Assembly: GCA_942493095.1 (NCBI GenBank)
Contig: OW818675.1
Span: forward strand, 960,001-992,000
DNA length: 32,000 nucleotides
Source: Candidatus Electronema halotolerans
Lineage (GTDB): Bacteria > Desulfobacterota > Desulfobulbia > Desulfobulbales > Desulfobulbaceae
Direction: 5' to 3'
The position numbers were made by a program, and so were the translations under genes. Every line of letters begins with the position of its first letter. Positions within the stretch are counted from its first letter, which is position 1. The notes beneath the pieces were generated by a model. That model saw only the letters and a program-made list of their open reading frames with translations, was not told where the DNA came from and ran no database searches. This document shows positions 1-9,626 of this stretch, piece after piece.

Positions 1-2
1 CA

Positions 3-281
3 GTGGATTATGTCTGCCAAGACGGCGAGATTGTTGACACCATTGCCGAGCCGAGCATTGAGACGATGGAGCCGATTGGCGGCACGGGTGATTTGATCAC
101 CGGCATGATCAGCGGCCTGATGCACGCTGGCCGCAGTCCGCTCTTAGCCTGCCGCATTGCCGGACGGGTCAACCGGGCTGCTGGCGAGCTGGCCAATCCG
201 ACCCCGGCCACGCAGGTGGAGGAAATCCTCCGCTGCCTGCCCAAAGCTCTTGCCAAGGTGGAAAAGGAGCTGGGGCTGTGA
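3..281 (+). CDS. C-terminal part of a carbohydrate kinase / NAD(P)H-hydrate dehydratase-like protein (truncated by window edge)
   Basis: ORF open at the 5' edge; contains EPIGGTGDLITGMISGLMHAG, a ribokinase/YjeF-C-terminal-like GTGD anion-hole motif. Confidence 0.55.
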   Translation: MDYVCQDGEIVDTIAEPSIETMEPIGGTGDLITGMISGLMHAGRSPLLACRIAGRVNRAAGELANPTPATQVEEILRCLPKALAKVEKELGL

Positions 282-469
282 GCCGGATGCAGTTCACTGC
301 TGTGGTCGAATATTGCAAAGACATAGGTCTCTATGTGGGCTATATGCCGCAGTTTCCCGATGCGCACTCGCAAGGGGAAACGCTTGATGAACTGAACCGG
401 CTGCTTGAAGACGGAGAGCCTTCGTTCAGTTCTGAGTTTGTCGGCACCCAGCAGATTGCCATAGCGTGA
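278..469 (+). CDS. HicB-family antitoxin-like protein
   Basis: 63 aa; FTAVVEYCKDIGLYVGYMPQFPDAHSQGETLDELNRLLEDGEPSFSSEFVGTQQIAIA resembles HicB N-terminal/partial RNase H-like fold (LYVGY.P..P.AHSQGETLDE..). Confidence 0.7.
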   Translation: MSRMQFTAVVEYCKDIGLYVGYMPQFPDAHSQGETLDELNRLLEDGEPSFSSEFVGTQQIAIA

Positions 470-477
470 AGGGAAAT

Positions 478-633
478 ATGCCTGCCCTTTCGCACAAGCA
501 GTTCCGCCACGCTGACGGACGGGCAACCACCGTTCCGTTGCATCAAGGAAGAGACATTTCTCCGATTCTCCTGCGGCAGCTTGCACAAGACATCAGCATC
601 TCGGTTGAAGAGCTGCTCAATGCAGGAGCCTGA
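478..633 (+). pseudogene. HicA-like mRNA interferase, apparently internally deleted
   Basis: 51-aa ORF MPALSHKQFRHADGRATTVPLHQGRDISPILLRQLAQDISISVEELLNAGA matches the C-terminal half of HicA, but the GSH catalytic segment is absent; 8 nt after hicB. Confidence 0.6.
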
Positions 634-636
634 ACC

Positions 637-1026
637 ATGCGCAATAAATTTCTTGGCACTGGCGAACAGGGCTTTCATCCGCTCCGCAAGATGCGGGTTG
701 CCTTGTCCGGCGCACGCTATGCCGTGCTCCATGATTTTGCGGTCGCCTACAAGACAGTGCTCTCGGTCTTGATTCTGGTGTGCTGTTTTTACTATCGTCA
801 ATGGCTTGATTTCAGCATGGTCTTGGTCGCCACCGGCCTGATGATGATTTCTGAAATGTTCAACACCACCATAGAAGCTCTGTGCGACTTTCTCGAACCA
901 CGGGAAAACGAGCGAATCGGTATTATCAAGGATATTTCGGCGGCAGCGGCAGGGATCAGCATCTTAGTCTGGAGCATTGTCCTCTTGCTGGAAGCAATGC
1001 AGGTCTGGCAGAAGCTGGCCGGATGA
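637..1026 (+). CDS. dgkA: Diacylglycerol kinase
   Basis: 129 aa; three hydrophobic segments, FNTTIEALCDFLEP...KDISAAAAGISIL typical of DgkA family (E.FNTAIE.. / KD..AAAV). Confidence 0.85.
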   Translation: MRNKFLGTGEQGFHPLRKMRVALSGARYAVLHDFAVAYKTVLSVLILVCCFYYRQWLDFSMVLVATGLMMISEMFNTTIEALCDFLEPRENERIGIIKDISAAAAGISILVWSIVLLLEAMQVWQKLAG

Positions 1027-1059
1027 AAGTTGGCATCACCTATAATTCCAATCAACACA

Positions 1060-1677
1060 ATGAGCTGGCAGCACGAAATACGCCACATCCGGCTTCCCCA
1101 AGCAGTCTGGCAGGACATTGTCGCCCATTGCCAAAGAAAGCTGGCCGGTGAGTTCTTGCCCGGTGAAACCCAAGTCAAGCGGGCCTTCGGCATTCTTGTC
1201 GGAGTGAGAAACGGCGACGAGCTGCAGGTGCGGCAGGTCTTGACCATAAAAAAAAACGCCCGCAATGTGGAGCCGATCAAGAGCTTCATGGACAAGCTCA
1301 TGGAGCAGTATGCCATTCCCTCAACCACGCCACTGAATCAGCGCGGCTGGGTCACTGATCCGCAGGAGTTCAAGGAGTGCATGGACTTCTGCAAGCGCGA
1401 GGGCCTGATCATGTTCGGGGCCTATCACATTCATGTGGTGCCGTGGCCCGGCGACCCGCTCCGCGACACCCCGACCGGCTTGGACACCGTGCTGGTCCGA
1501 GGCAGCAAGCTCTTTTCCTTCATCATCTCCATGGTCGATCCTGAGCAGCCCATCATCCGGGCCTTTTATGAAGGCCAGATTGACGCGGAGACCCCCATCC
1601 TGTTCGAGCAGGACGAAGAATCATCTGAACCGCAGAGCATTTCATGGCCGCAGGCGCAGCGACTCAACCTGAACTGA
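1060..1677 (+). CDS. Mov34/MPN/PAD-1 (JAMM)-like protein
   Basis: ORF 1030..1677, likely ATG at 1060; GAYHIHVVPWPGDPLRDTPTGLD resembles HxHx7(S/P)x2D; weak similarity. Confidence 0.45.
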   Translation: MSWQHEIRHIRLPQAVWQDIVAHCQRKLAGEFLPGETQVKRAFGILVGVRNGDELQVRQVLTIKKNARNVEPIKSFMDKLMEQYAIPSTTPLNQRGWVTDPQEFKECMDFCKREGLIMFGAYHIHVVPWPGDPLRDTPTGLDTVLVRGSKLFSFIISMVDPEQPIIRAFYEGQIDAETPILFEQDEESSEPQSISWPQAQRLNLN

Positions 1678-2837
1678 TTGTTGAATACACCGATCCTTTG
1701 GAAGGCTTCAAGGGCTGGTTGGTCATTGATTCACTCACGCACCGGCTGGCCGCTGGCGGGATGCGGGTGCAGAAAGGTCTGACCTGTGAAGTGGTGCGCC
1801 AGTTAGCCGCAACCATGACCTTGAAGATGCGCATTGCTGGCATCCGGGCGGACGGTGCCAAGTGCGGCATTGACTATGACCCGCGCAGTCCGGGCAAGCA
1901 GGAGGCCCTGTTCCGCTTCATCCGGGCGATCAAGCCGTATCTGCTCGAACGCTATTCAATGGGGCCGGACCTCAACACCACCATGCCGGAGCTGGACGCG
2001 GTCTGCGCCCGCATCGGCATTCCGTCGATCAAGGCAGTGATTGCCAAATGCCAAGGCTTCACGCCAGAGGACTTTGCCGAGCGGACCAAGCTCCTCAAGC
2101 AGCCGGTTGCTCACTCAACTCTGGGTGGGCTGCGCTCCGGCGCAGGTGTGGCCGCTTCCTGCGCAGCGGCCTTAGAATTCCTCCATATTCCTTTGGCGCA
2201 GGCCAAGGTGGTGATTCAGGGCTTCGGCAGCTTGGCCTCCAGCGCGGCCTATTTCCTCCATCAGGCCAGTGTGCCGATCATTGGTCTGGCTGACTGCGAC
2301 AAGAGCCTGATCAGCCCGGACAGCACAGCCTTGGACATTCCCGATCTGCTGGCCCGTTCCTGCTCTGACTGCCGCCGCAAGGGGCTGATCCCGCCGGATG
2401 CGCTCCGCCACAGTTATGGCGACCGGCGCGAGATTTACAATCTTGCCTGCGATGTCTTCATTCCAGCGGCCATTGAGCGGGCCATTGACCGGCAGGCGGC
2501 AGAGACCATGCAAGTCAAGGCCATTGTTTCCGGCGCGAATCTGGCTGTGACTGACGAGGCCGAGGCCATTCTCCATCAGCGCGGCATCGTGGTCATTCCC
2601 GACATGGTGGCAGGCTGCGGCGGTTCGCTGTCCATGGAAGGACTGTTCGGCCCGGACGAGCTGCCTGCGGTGCAGGAGGTGCTGAACCACGTTGACCGCA
2701 AAACCCGCCGCATTGTCAGGAACATGCTCCAGCGCAGCCGTCAGGACGGCATCTCGCCCCGCGAGGCGGCCCTGCGCATCTGTGCGGAAACTCCGCTCTA
2801 TCCCGATTCCAAGCCCTACCTGCCTTTTCACGATTGA
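1644..2837 (+). CDS. Glu/Leu/Phe/Val dehydrogenase family protein
   Basis: 397 aa; AAGGMRVQKGLTCEVVRQLAATMTLKMRIAGIRADGAKCGIDYDP, GFGSLASSAAYFLHQ, GANLAVTDEAEAILHQRGIVVIPDMVAGCGG motifs. Exact start uncertain because the ORF overlaps the previous gene. Confidence 0.85.
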   Translation: MAAGAATQPELIVEYTDPLEGFKGWLVIDSLTHRLAAGGMRVQKGLTCEVVRQLAATMTLKMRIAGIRADGAKCGIDYDPRSPGKQEALFRFIRAIKPYLLERYSMGPDLNTTMPELDAVCARIGIPSIKAVIAKCQGFTPEDFAERTKLLKQPVAHSTLGGLRSGAGVAASCAAALEFLHIPLAQAKVVIQGFGSLASSAAYFLHQASVPIIGLADCDKSLISPDSTALDIPDLLARSCSDCRRKGLIPPDALRHSYGDRREIYNLACDVFIPAAIERAIDRQAAETMQVKAIVSGANLAVTDEAEAILHQRGIVVIPDMVAGCGGSLSMEGLFGPDELPAVQEVLNHVDRKTRRIVRNMLQRSRQDGISPREAALRICAETPLYPDSKPYLPFHD

Positions 2838-2919
2838 GGAGCTGGAACGCTCGTTCGGGGAAATGTGCCGATCCGTTTCAACCTTCCATCGCGCCGCTGC
2901 TCTTGGCAGCCAAGACATC

Positions 2920-4017
2920 ATGAACAGAAATAAAAAGATTGAGCAGCTCCAGCAGCTGCTTCAACGACGCAAAATTGATGCGGTGCTGATCACCCAGCCG
3001 GAAAACCGCCGTTATCTGAGCGGCTACACCGCTGCTGATCACGGCATTCAGGAAAGCTCCGGGGTGCTGCTGATTCCGAAAAAAGGCGCGCCGTGGCTGC
3101 TTACAGATTCCCGCTTCACGCTGCAAGCTGAGGAGGAGGCGCAGGGCTTCACGGTTGAGCTGTACAAAAAAGGATTGTTCAAACTGCTGAAAAAGCTGCT
3201 GCCCGCCTTGGGGATACGGCGGCTGGCCTTTGAGAGTCATCATTTTCTCCACTCCGCTGTTGCGAGAATGGAGAACGTCTTGGGCAGCAAGACAGAGCTG
3301 CTGCCAGTGACAGATGTGGTCGAAGCAATGCGGCTGGTCAAGAGCGAGGAGGAAATCAGCCTGATTAAGGCATCTGTCCTGCGCAACGAGCAGGTTTTTC
3401 AACAAATTCATGGCCTGATCGCGCCGGGCATGACAGAAATCGACATTGCCCTGCATATCGAACGCATCATGCGGGAACAGGGCGCGGAACGGCCCAGCTT
3501 TGAGACCATTGTCGCTTTTGGCACGAACGCGGCCAAGCCGCACGCTGTGCCCTCAAAGCGGGTGCTGCTGGAAGGCGACCTTGTCCTGATCGACATGGGT
3601 TTGGTCCTGCAAGGCTATTGCTCGGACATGACCCGCACTTTTGTGGCTGGCAAGCCGGACAGCCTCTTTCTTGAACGGTTGCGGGTGGTACGCAAAGCCC
3701 AGCTTGCTGGCATCAAGGCCATCCGGGCTGGAGCAGTCTGCAAGGACGTGGATCAGGCCGCCCGCAAGGTGATTGCCGATGCTGGTTACGGCGACTTTTT
3801 CGGCCACAGCTTGGGGCACGGAGTCGGCTTGGCCGTGCATGAAGCCCCCAGCCTCAGCACCCGCAACCGGAAGAAATTGCAGGCTGGCATGATCGTCACC
3901 ATTGAGCCGGGCATTTATCTGCCCGACTGGGGCGGCATCCGGCTGGAAAACATGGCAGTTGTCCGCGAGGACGGCTGCGAGCTGCTCAACGAGGACTCAA
4001 CCGGGCTGGATTTGTAA
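2920..4017 (+). CDS. M24-family metallopeptidase (Xaa-Pro aminopeptidase-like)
   Basis: Likely start MNRNKKIEQL; KSEEEISLIKAS, FGTNAAKPHAVPS, LVLIDMGLVLQGYCSDMTRTF, GHSLGHGVGLAVHEAPSLS, GMIVTIEPGIYLPDWGGIRLENM. Confidence 0.92.
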   Translation: MNRNKKIEQLQQLLQRRKIDAVLITQPENRRYLSGYTAADHGIQESSGVLLIPKKGAPWLLTDSRFTLQAEEEAQGFTVELYKKGLFKLLKKLLPALGIRRLAFESHHFLHSAVARMENVLGSKTELLPVTDVVEAMRLVKSEEEISLIKASVLRNEQVFQQIHGLIAPGMTEIDIALHIERIMREQGAERPSFETIVAFGTNAAKPHAVPSKRVLLEGDLVLIDMGLVLQGYCSDMTRTFVAGKPDSLFLERLRVVRKAQLAGIKAIRAGAVCKDVDQAARKVIADAGYGDFFGHSLGHGVGLAVHEAPSLSTRNRKKLQAGMIVTIEPGIYLPDWGGIRLENMAVVREDGCELLNEDSTGLDL

Positions 4018-4026
4018 ACGCATCCA

Positions 4027-4050
4027 GCCCGGCGGCACAAAGGGCCGGGC
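4027..4050. terminator. Hairpin between convergent genes (M24 peptidase and purB)
   Basis: GCCCGGC-N10-GCCGGGC inverted repeat between two convergent stops; weak T tract. Confidence 0.5.
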
Positions 4051-4056
4051 GGTTTG

Positions 4057-5517
4057 TCAGCACTCCATCCGGCAAAGACCCTTTCCCTCGATGCAGAGCG
4101 GGCAGATGTGACTCTGCTGGGCCGGACTGATGTCCAGCTCCTCCATCCTCGCCTTGACCGACTCAACCGTCTGTCTGCTCAGTTCCTTGGCCATGCCGAT
4201 GTGCTTTTCCGGCAGGATGGCCTGCTCAATATCCTTGCGGCAAAACCTGCCTGCCACTTCAGGCTGCTCCATAAGAATGTCCAACACCGGCCTACCGCTC
4301 TCCACTGCCTCCATTGAGACCTCATAGACCAAGGCATGGGCGTTCTCCTTGCCGATCTTGGTGCCGATGAAAAACATCAGGGCCTCGCTGGAGATCAGCG
4401 GCGCGGCCCGGAGCACGTTCTCCCGCACGCAGCCCTCATGGACAATCATATCCCTGAGTATATGCTGCATCATGTTCAGCAGGCCGCAGATGTAGAGCGA
4501 GGCATCGGTGAGCGCAGCCCATTCCACCCGCACGGAACGGTAGTCGCGCTCATGCTCGCAGATCAGGCCGTCATAACCAAGCATGGCCTGCGCTTTGATC
4601 AGTTTGGCCAGGACCACGACCTGCTCGCACAGCTCCGGGTTGCGCTTGTGCGGCATGGTGCTGCTGCCGATCTTGCCAAGATGGAACGGCTCCTCCAGCT
4701 CGCCGATCTCGTTGCGGGCCAGACAGCGGATTTCATCAGTAATCCGGGCCAGTGAGCCGCTGATCAGGGCCAGCACGGACAGGTATTCGGCAAAGCGGTC
4801 GCGGGAGGAATGCCAGGCCGTGTTCGGTGCTTCCAGTCCCAGCCGGGCCGAGAACTCAGCCAGCAGCGGCAGGGCGCGTTCGCCAAAGGCATCCATAGTC
4901 CCGACTCCGCCGAAAAGCTGGCTGACCAAGACCCGCTTCTTCATCTCCTCCAGCCGCTCAATGCTGCGCCATGTCTCGTCCAGCCAGCCTGCCATTTTCA
5001 GGCCCAAGGTCATGGGCAGGGCGTGCTGACAGTGGGTGCGGCCTATCATGACCAAGTCCTCATACTGCTTGGTGCGCTGGATGAGCAGGCGGACAATGCT
5101 GTGCAGGTCGCGCTCGACAATGGAGATGATGTCGCGCAGCTCCAGCACTTGGGCCGTGTCCTGAATGTCCTGCGTAGTGGCTCCGAAATGGATGAACTGG
5201 CCTGCCTCCTTGTCGCAGGCGTTGCGCAGGGCTGCCAGCAGCGGCATCAGGGAATGATTGGTCACTTGCAGCCCTGCCTGTATCTCGGCAAGGTCAAACC
5301 TGCTGATCTGGGCATTTTGCTGGATGTTCTCCGCCGCTGCCAGCGGAATGATGTCTAGCCCGGCCATTGCCATTGCCAAGGCAGCTTCCACGTCTAACCA
5401 GCGTTGATAGCGGCGGATGTCGCAGAAAACTTGCCGTGCTTCCGGCGTGGTGTAGCCGCCGGAGTAGAAGCGGGAATCAACAATATGGCTGTTAGGAGCG
5501 CAAGTGGTCATAATCAT
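4057..5517 (-). CDS. purB: Adenylosuccinate lyase
   Basis: 486 aa; fumarase/ASL signature GSSTMPHKRNP, FGATTQDIQDTA, GRTHCQHALPMTLG. Confidence 0.92.
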   Translation of the reverse strand: MIMTTCAPNSHIVDSRFYSGGYTTPEARQVFCDIRRYQRWLDVEAALAMAMAGLDIIPLAAAENIQQNAQISRFDLAEIQAGLQVTNHSLMPLLAALRNACDKEAGQFIHFGATTQDIQDTAQVLELRDIISIVERDLHSIVRLLIQRTKQYEDLVMIGRTHCQHALPMTLGLKMAGWLDETWRSIERLEEMKKRVLVSQLFGGVGTMDAFGERALPLLAEFSARLGLEAPNTAWHSSRDRFAEYLSVLALISGSLARITDEIRCLARNEIGELEEPFHLGKIGSSTMPHKRNPELCEQVVVLAKLIKAQAMLGYDGLICEHERDYRSVRVEWAALTDASLYICGLLNMMQHILRDMIVHEGCVRENVLRAAPLISSEALMFFIGTKIGKENAHALVYEVSMEAVESGRPVLDILMEQPEVAGRFCRKDIEQAILPEKHIGMAKELSRQTVESVKARMEELDISPAQQSHICPLCIEGKGLCRMEC

Positions 5518-5631
5518 TAAATTTAAAATACAGGGAGCGGTAAAATGAGGCCCGACCGCTTTGGCGCAGCAGATAGAGCACTACAGACTGCACAGGTTTG
5601 GCCAGCAGCAGCACGATCTTTCCGGCTCAAA

Positions 5632-6246
5632 TCAGCCTGTCCGCACATCCACCCGGCCTTTCCACGGAAACAGCATGGGCACCTGTTCGCAGTAGCGGCG
5701 GTAGGGTTCGCCCAAATCGCGCAGCAATTTGCGTTCCTCCAGCAAGGCACCGATGATGAGATACATGCTGAGGATGAGCCGTGAGGGCCAATTAACATCA
5801 GTGATCGGCCCGATTGTCCAGAGTATGGGCAGCCCGGCAGAGTACCACGGATGACGGACGTAACTGAGCACGCCTCTGCTGGTGAAAGGCAGGGACGGTG
5901 CTTCTTCGCCCTGCCGCCAGCTCTGCCACTGTCTGATGCCGACCAAATAGTTGAGGTCATAAACAACTTGCCCGCCGAGCAGTAAAAACAGGGCATAGAG
6001 AAGAAGCAGACTCTGGGGAATGCGCAGCCAGCCTGCCCAAGAAAACACTATCTCCTGCGGCAGACTGTATTGCAGCCAGATAAGGGGCAACAGGGTCAGG
6101 CCTGCGAACAAGGAGTAAATCAGCCGGTAGGTGCCACGCAGCATTGCTCCCTGTCGTTGCAGCCAGTCATTAACCGGCGCGGAAATCAGCAGACTGTGCA
6201 GAGCGCACCAGAGTATGATGAGAAAATAGAGCGATATTTTCGACAT
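5632..6246 (-). CDS. NnrU/isoprenylcysteine carboxyl methyltransferase-like integral membrane protein
   Basis: 204 aa; multiple hydrophobic helices, GVLSYVRHPWYSAGLPILW and E.YRRYCEQVPMLFPW typical of this membrane methyltransferase superfamily. Confidence 0.7.
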   Translation of the reverse strand: MSKISLYFLIILWCALHSLLISAPVNDWLQRQGAMLRGTYRLIYSLFAGLTLLPLIWLQYSLPQEIVFSWAGWLRIPQSLLLLYALFLLLGGQVVYDLNYLVGIRQWQSWRQGEEAPSLPFTSRGVLSYVRHPWYSAGLPILWTIGPITDVNWPSRLILSMYLIIGALLEERKLLRDLGEPYRRYCEQVPMLFPWKGRVDVRTG

Positions 6247-6265
6247 GAGCTTGTTCTATGACTGT

Positions 6266-7639
6266 TCATACTCTAATCAGCCGCAGCAGCTCGTCAGTCT
6301 TTTCACGCAGCAGCGGCGCATCAGCACGGGTTTCGACATTCAGGCGCAGGACTGGCTCGGTATTGGATTTGCGGAGATTGAAGCGCCAGTTTGGATAGGC
6401 GACAGACAGCCCGTCCGTGTAATCCTTTTCCCCGTCATGATATTGCGCTTCCGCCTGCTGAATGACTGCGTCAGGGTCAGTCACCGTGGAGTTGATCTCG
6501 CCGCTGACCGGGAAGGCCCGCATCCGTTCATCCACCTGAGCAGACAAAGTTGTGTTCTGCTCGCTCATGAGCTGACAGAGCAGCAGCCACGGCAGCATCC
6601 CAGAATCACAGCAGCCAAAGTCGTGGAAATAGTGGTGCGCTGACATCTCGCCGCCGTACATGGCCTGCTCGCGGCGCATGGCCTCCTTGATAAAGGCATG
6701 GCCGGTTTTGACCATCACCGGCTTGCCGCCTGCTGCCAGCACCATCTCCTGCGTGTTCCAAATCAGCCTTGGATCGTGAAGAATCACGCCGCCGGGCTGC
6801 GCTCTCAGCATCGCTGTGGCCAGCAGGCCAACTATATAATAGCCTTCAACAAAGCGTCCGTTCTCATCAAAAAGAAAGCAGCGGTCACAGTCACCATCCC
6901 AAGCAATGCCCAGAGCAGCCTTGTGCTCACGCACTGCTTGGGCGGTCTCCTCCCGGTTCTCCGGCAGAAGCGGATTGGGCACTCCGTTCGGAAAGGTGCC
7001 GTCCGGCTGCCAGTTGAGCTTGATGAAGGTGCAGGGCAGCCGCTCCTCCAGCAGATCAATGACCGGCCCGGCGCAGCCATTGCCCGCATTGACCACGATC
7101 GTGAACGGTTTGAGCGCGGCCACATCAACATAAGAAAGCAGGTGTTCGATATAGCGGCTCTTATCTGGCAGGACACGGCATTGCCCAGATTGCGCCGGGG
7201 CAGCGGCCAGCGCGCTGCGGAACCAGTCTGCGGATGCGGCCATCTCCGCCACCTCCAGCAGGCCGGAGTCAGCAGAAATGGGCCGTGCGCCTTGGCGGAC
7301 AAACTTCATGCCGTTGTATTGGGCTGGATTATGGCTGGCCGTGATCATGATGCCGCCGCCGATGCCCGCCGCCTCGCCGTTGAACACGGCAAAATACACC
7401 TCTTCCGTGCCGCAGAGGCCAATGTCGATCACCTCAATGCCTGCCTTGGTCAGCACCTCGCAGAGGCTTGCGGCAATCTCCGGGCTGGACAGGCGGACAT
7501 CCCGGCCTATAATGATCTTGCTGGCTTCTGTCCGGCGGCAGAAGGCCAGCCCGATCCGGGCGGCAATGTCCGGGTTCAGTTCTTCCGGGACCCGGCCCCG
7601 GACATCATAGGCAGTGAAGCAGCGCAGCGGTGTTGACAT
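6266..7639 (-). CDS. Phosphomannomutase/phosphoglucomutase
   Basis: Likely start MSTPLRCFTAYDVRG; GIMITASHNPAQYNG, GIAWDGDCDRCFLFDENG, GGEMSAHHYF. Confidence 0.93.
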   Translation of the reverse strand: MSTPLRCFTAYDVRGRVPEELNPDIAARIGLAFCRRTEASKIIIGRDVRLSSPEIAASLCEVLTKAGIEVIDIGLCGTEEVYFAVFNGEAAGIGGGIMITASHNPAQYNGMKFVRQGARPISADSGLLEVAEMAASADWFRSALAAAPAQSGQCRVLPDKSRYIEHLLSYVDVAALKPFTIVVNAGNGCAGPVIDLLEERLPCTFIKLNWQPDGTFPNGVPNPLLPENREETAQAVREHKAALGIAWDGDCDRCFLFDENGRFVEGYYIVGLLATAMLRAQPGGVILHDPRLIWNTQEMVLAAGGKPVMVKTGHAFIKEAMRREQAMYGGEMSAHHYFHDFGCCDSGMLPWLLLCQLMSEQNTTLSAQVDERMRAFPVSGEINSTVTDPDAVIQQAEAQYHDGEKDYTDGLSVAYPNWRFNLRKSNTEPVLRLNVETRADAPLLREKTDELLRLIRV

Positions 7640-7736
7640 GCAGGACTCCTCAAAGATAGTGAAATAAAACGTGCTGTCATGGTACCATGTTTGAAGAGGA
7701 TTTGACAAAGAAAATCAGAAACAGGAGAGAAGCTCC

Positions 7737-9518
7737 ATGCAGGTAAGGCGATTTTCGGCTTTTTGGAACGAGGACGGCACCATCAGCGACAATGTGCCGG
7801 AGTGGATCAAGAAAAGAGACCGGCTCCGGGACATGGCCTTTCCCTCGCCATACACGGATCAGCCTGACCGCCTTGCCGACAGCATGGAACAGGCCATCAA
7901 GGTGCTGAATGCGCTCAAGCCGGACAAGCAGGGCTGGGGCTGCTTGGGCGATGAGCCGACTGATGATTCCGGCGGACCAGATTACGGCAGGGCCAAGGCC
8001 GCCCGAATCGCGGCCCAATCCGCGCCGCTGGAAGAGGTCATTCAGCAATCTGCGGATATGTTCAAGGGGCTGCCAAACTGGAATCATCCCTTGGTCATGC
8101 CGAATGTTCTTCCGCCCGCCAACATCGCCTCAATTGCCGCCTCGTTCATGACCGACATGTTCAGCCCGAATCTGATTGAAGGCGAATATTCTTGGAACGT
8201 GCATTTTTCCGAGCTGGAATCAGCAGCCATGCTGGCTGACCTGATCGGCTGGGACCCGGTCAAGGCGGGCGGGCTGTTCACCTTTGGCGGCGCAGGCTGT
8301 TATTTCTACGGCCTGAAATACGCCCTGACCAGCGTGCTCGGCGTGCAGTCCCGGCACAAGGGCATCCGCACTGACGGCAAGGTGCTGGTCTCGCAGCAGG
8401 GGCATTACTGCAAGCTGAACAGCACGGACTGGTCCGGTCTGGGCATGGACAACATCATCGACATTGAGACTGATGACCGCAACAGCATGGACTTGAACCA
8501 TCTGGAAGCGGTCATGGCCCGGCTGCACAGTGAGGGCACACCGGTCATTGCCGTGATGTGCACAATGGGCACCACAGACGCATTCGGCATGGACCCAGTG
8601 GCACAGGTGCGGAAGCTGATTGACAAATATCCCAATCCGCCCGGCTATGGCCGACCATTTCTGTATTGCGATGCAGTGATCGGCTGGTCTTGGCTGATGT
8701 TCAGAGATTATGATTTCTCAGAAAATCCGCTGGGTTTCTCAGCCAAGGTGCTGCCCATCATCCGCAAGAATTACGAGGCGGTCATGGACATGCGCCATGC
8801 CGACGCAGTGGGCTGCGATTTTCACAAGGTCGGCTGGACACCGTACAATTGCAGCATATTTGTTTTTCAAGACAATGCGGATTTTCAGCGGCTCATGCTC
8901 CGGCCCGGCGCAGACTATTTGCAGGAGCGGACAGAATACAATCCCGGCCTCTACACCTTTGAGGTTTCCCGGTCAGCCTCCTATTCCATGGCTGCCTGGG
9001 CCACGCTCAAGTTCTTGGGCCAAGAGGGCTTTCAGGTCATGCTGGGCGGCATTCTCGAAGTGCAGCAGCATCTGCGCAACCTGTTGAAAAAAGAACGAAC
9101 TATGGTCTGCGTCAATGAGGATGACTACGGCTTTGTCACCCTGTTTCGAGTCTATCCCAAAGGCGTGGATGCGGAGATGCAGTATCGGCTCGAACGCACC
9201 TGCCCGGATTTCCGCAAAGACCTTGAGCGGCACAACATCCTTCAGCAGGCTGTGGCGGACAAACTCTGGGAATGGTCGCGGGGCAAACATCCTGAAGGCG
9301 TTGATGAACAGCAATGCTCACTGCCTGCGCCCTATATCAGTTACACCAGCGGCTTCCGGCCCACAGCCTATAATCAGAAGCGGAAAGACCCGCGTGCCGT
9401 GATTTACGCCCTCAAGTCCTTTCCCATGAATCTGAATATCAGCGCGGAATCCATGAGCATTATGATCAAATTGGTGCAGGAGGCCAGAGATCAGATTGCA
9501 GAGCAGGGCTGTGGCTGA
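7737..9518 (+). CDS. Pyridoxal-phosphate-dependent (group II-type) decarboxylase
   Basis: 593 aa; FTFGGAGCYFYGLKYAL, YCDAVIGWSW, ADAVGCDFHKVGWTPYNCSIFVF (Schiff-base lysine region). Confidence 0.85.
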   Translation: MQVRRFSAFWNEDGTISDNVPEWIKKRDRLRDMAFPSPYTDQPDRLADSMEQAIKVLNALKPDKQGWGCLGDEPTDDSGGPDYGRAKAARIAAQSAPLEEVIQQSADMFKGLPNWNHPLVMPNVLPPANIASIAASFMTDMFSPNLIEGEYSWNVHFSELESAAMLADLIGWDPVKAGGLFTFGGAGCYFYGLKYALTSVLGVQSRHKGIRTDGKVLVSQQGHYCKLNSTDWSGLGMDNIIDIETDDRNSMDLNHLEAVMARLHSEGTPVIAVMCTMGTTDAFGMDPVAQVRKLIDKYPNPPGYGRPFLYCDAVIGWSWLMFRDYDFSENPLGFSAKVLPIIRKNYEAVMDMRHADAVGCDFHKVGWTPYNCSIFVFQDNADFQRLMLRPGADYLQERTEYNPGLYTFEVSRSASYSMAAWATLKFLGQEGFQVMLGGILEVQQHLRNLLKKERTMVCVNEDDYGFVTLFRVYPKGVDAEMQYRLERTCPDFRKDLERHNILQQAVADKLWEWSRGKHPEGVDEQQCSLPAPYISYTSGFRPTAYNQKRKDPRAVIYALKSFPMNLNISAESMSIMIKLVQEARDQIAEQGCG

Positions 9519-9626
9519 TATGACAGAAGCACCATCCGGATCCTGGAAAAATCTCATAGCTTCAACACGCCAAAAAAATTATCCGCACAAGCCTGCTGAA
9601 AAGCAGCACCTTCACCCTTCACCCTT

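Noticed and set aside
2172-2921. 249-aa minus-strand ORF antisense to the Glu/Leu dehydrogenase
   Set aside because: Long antisense ORFs are expected in high-GC3 genes; no motif support.
2878-3543. 221-aa minus-strand ORF antisense to the M24 peptidase
   Set aside because: Antisense shadow of a well-supported gene with conserved metallopeptidase motifs.
6698-7636. 312-aa plus-strand ORF antisense to the phosphomannomutase gene
   Set aside because: Composition is a GC-rich shadow of the real gene; no recognisable domain, while the minus-strand ORF has all catalytic motifs.
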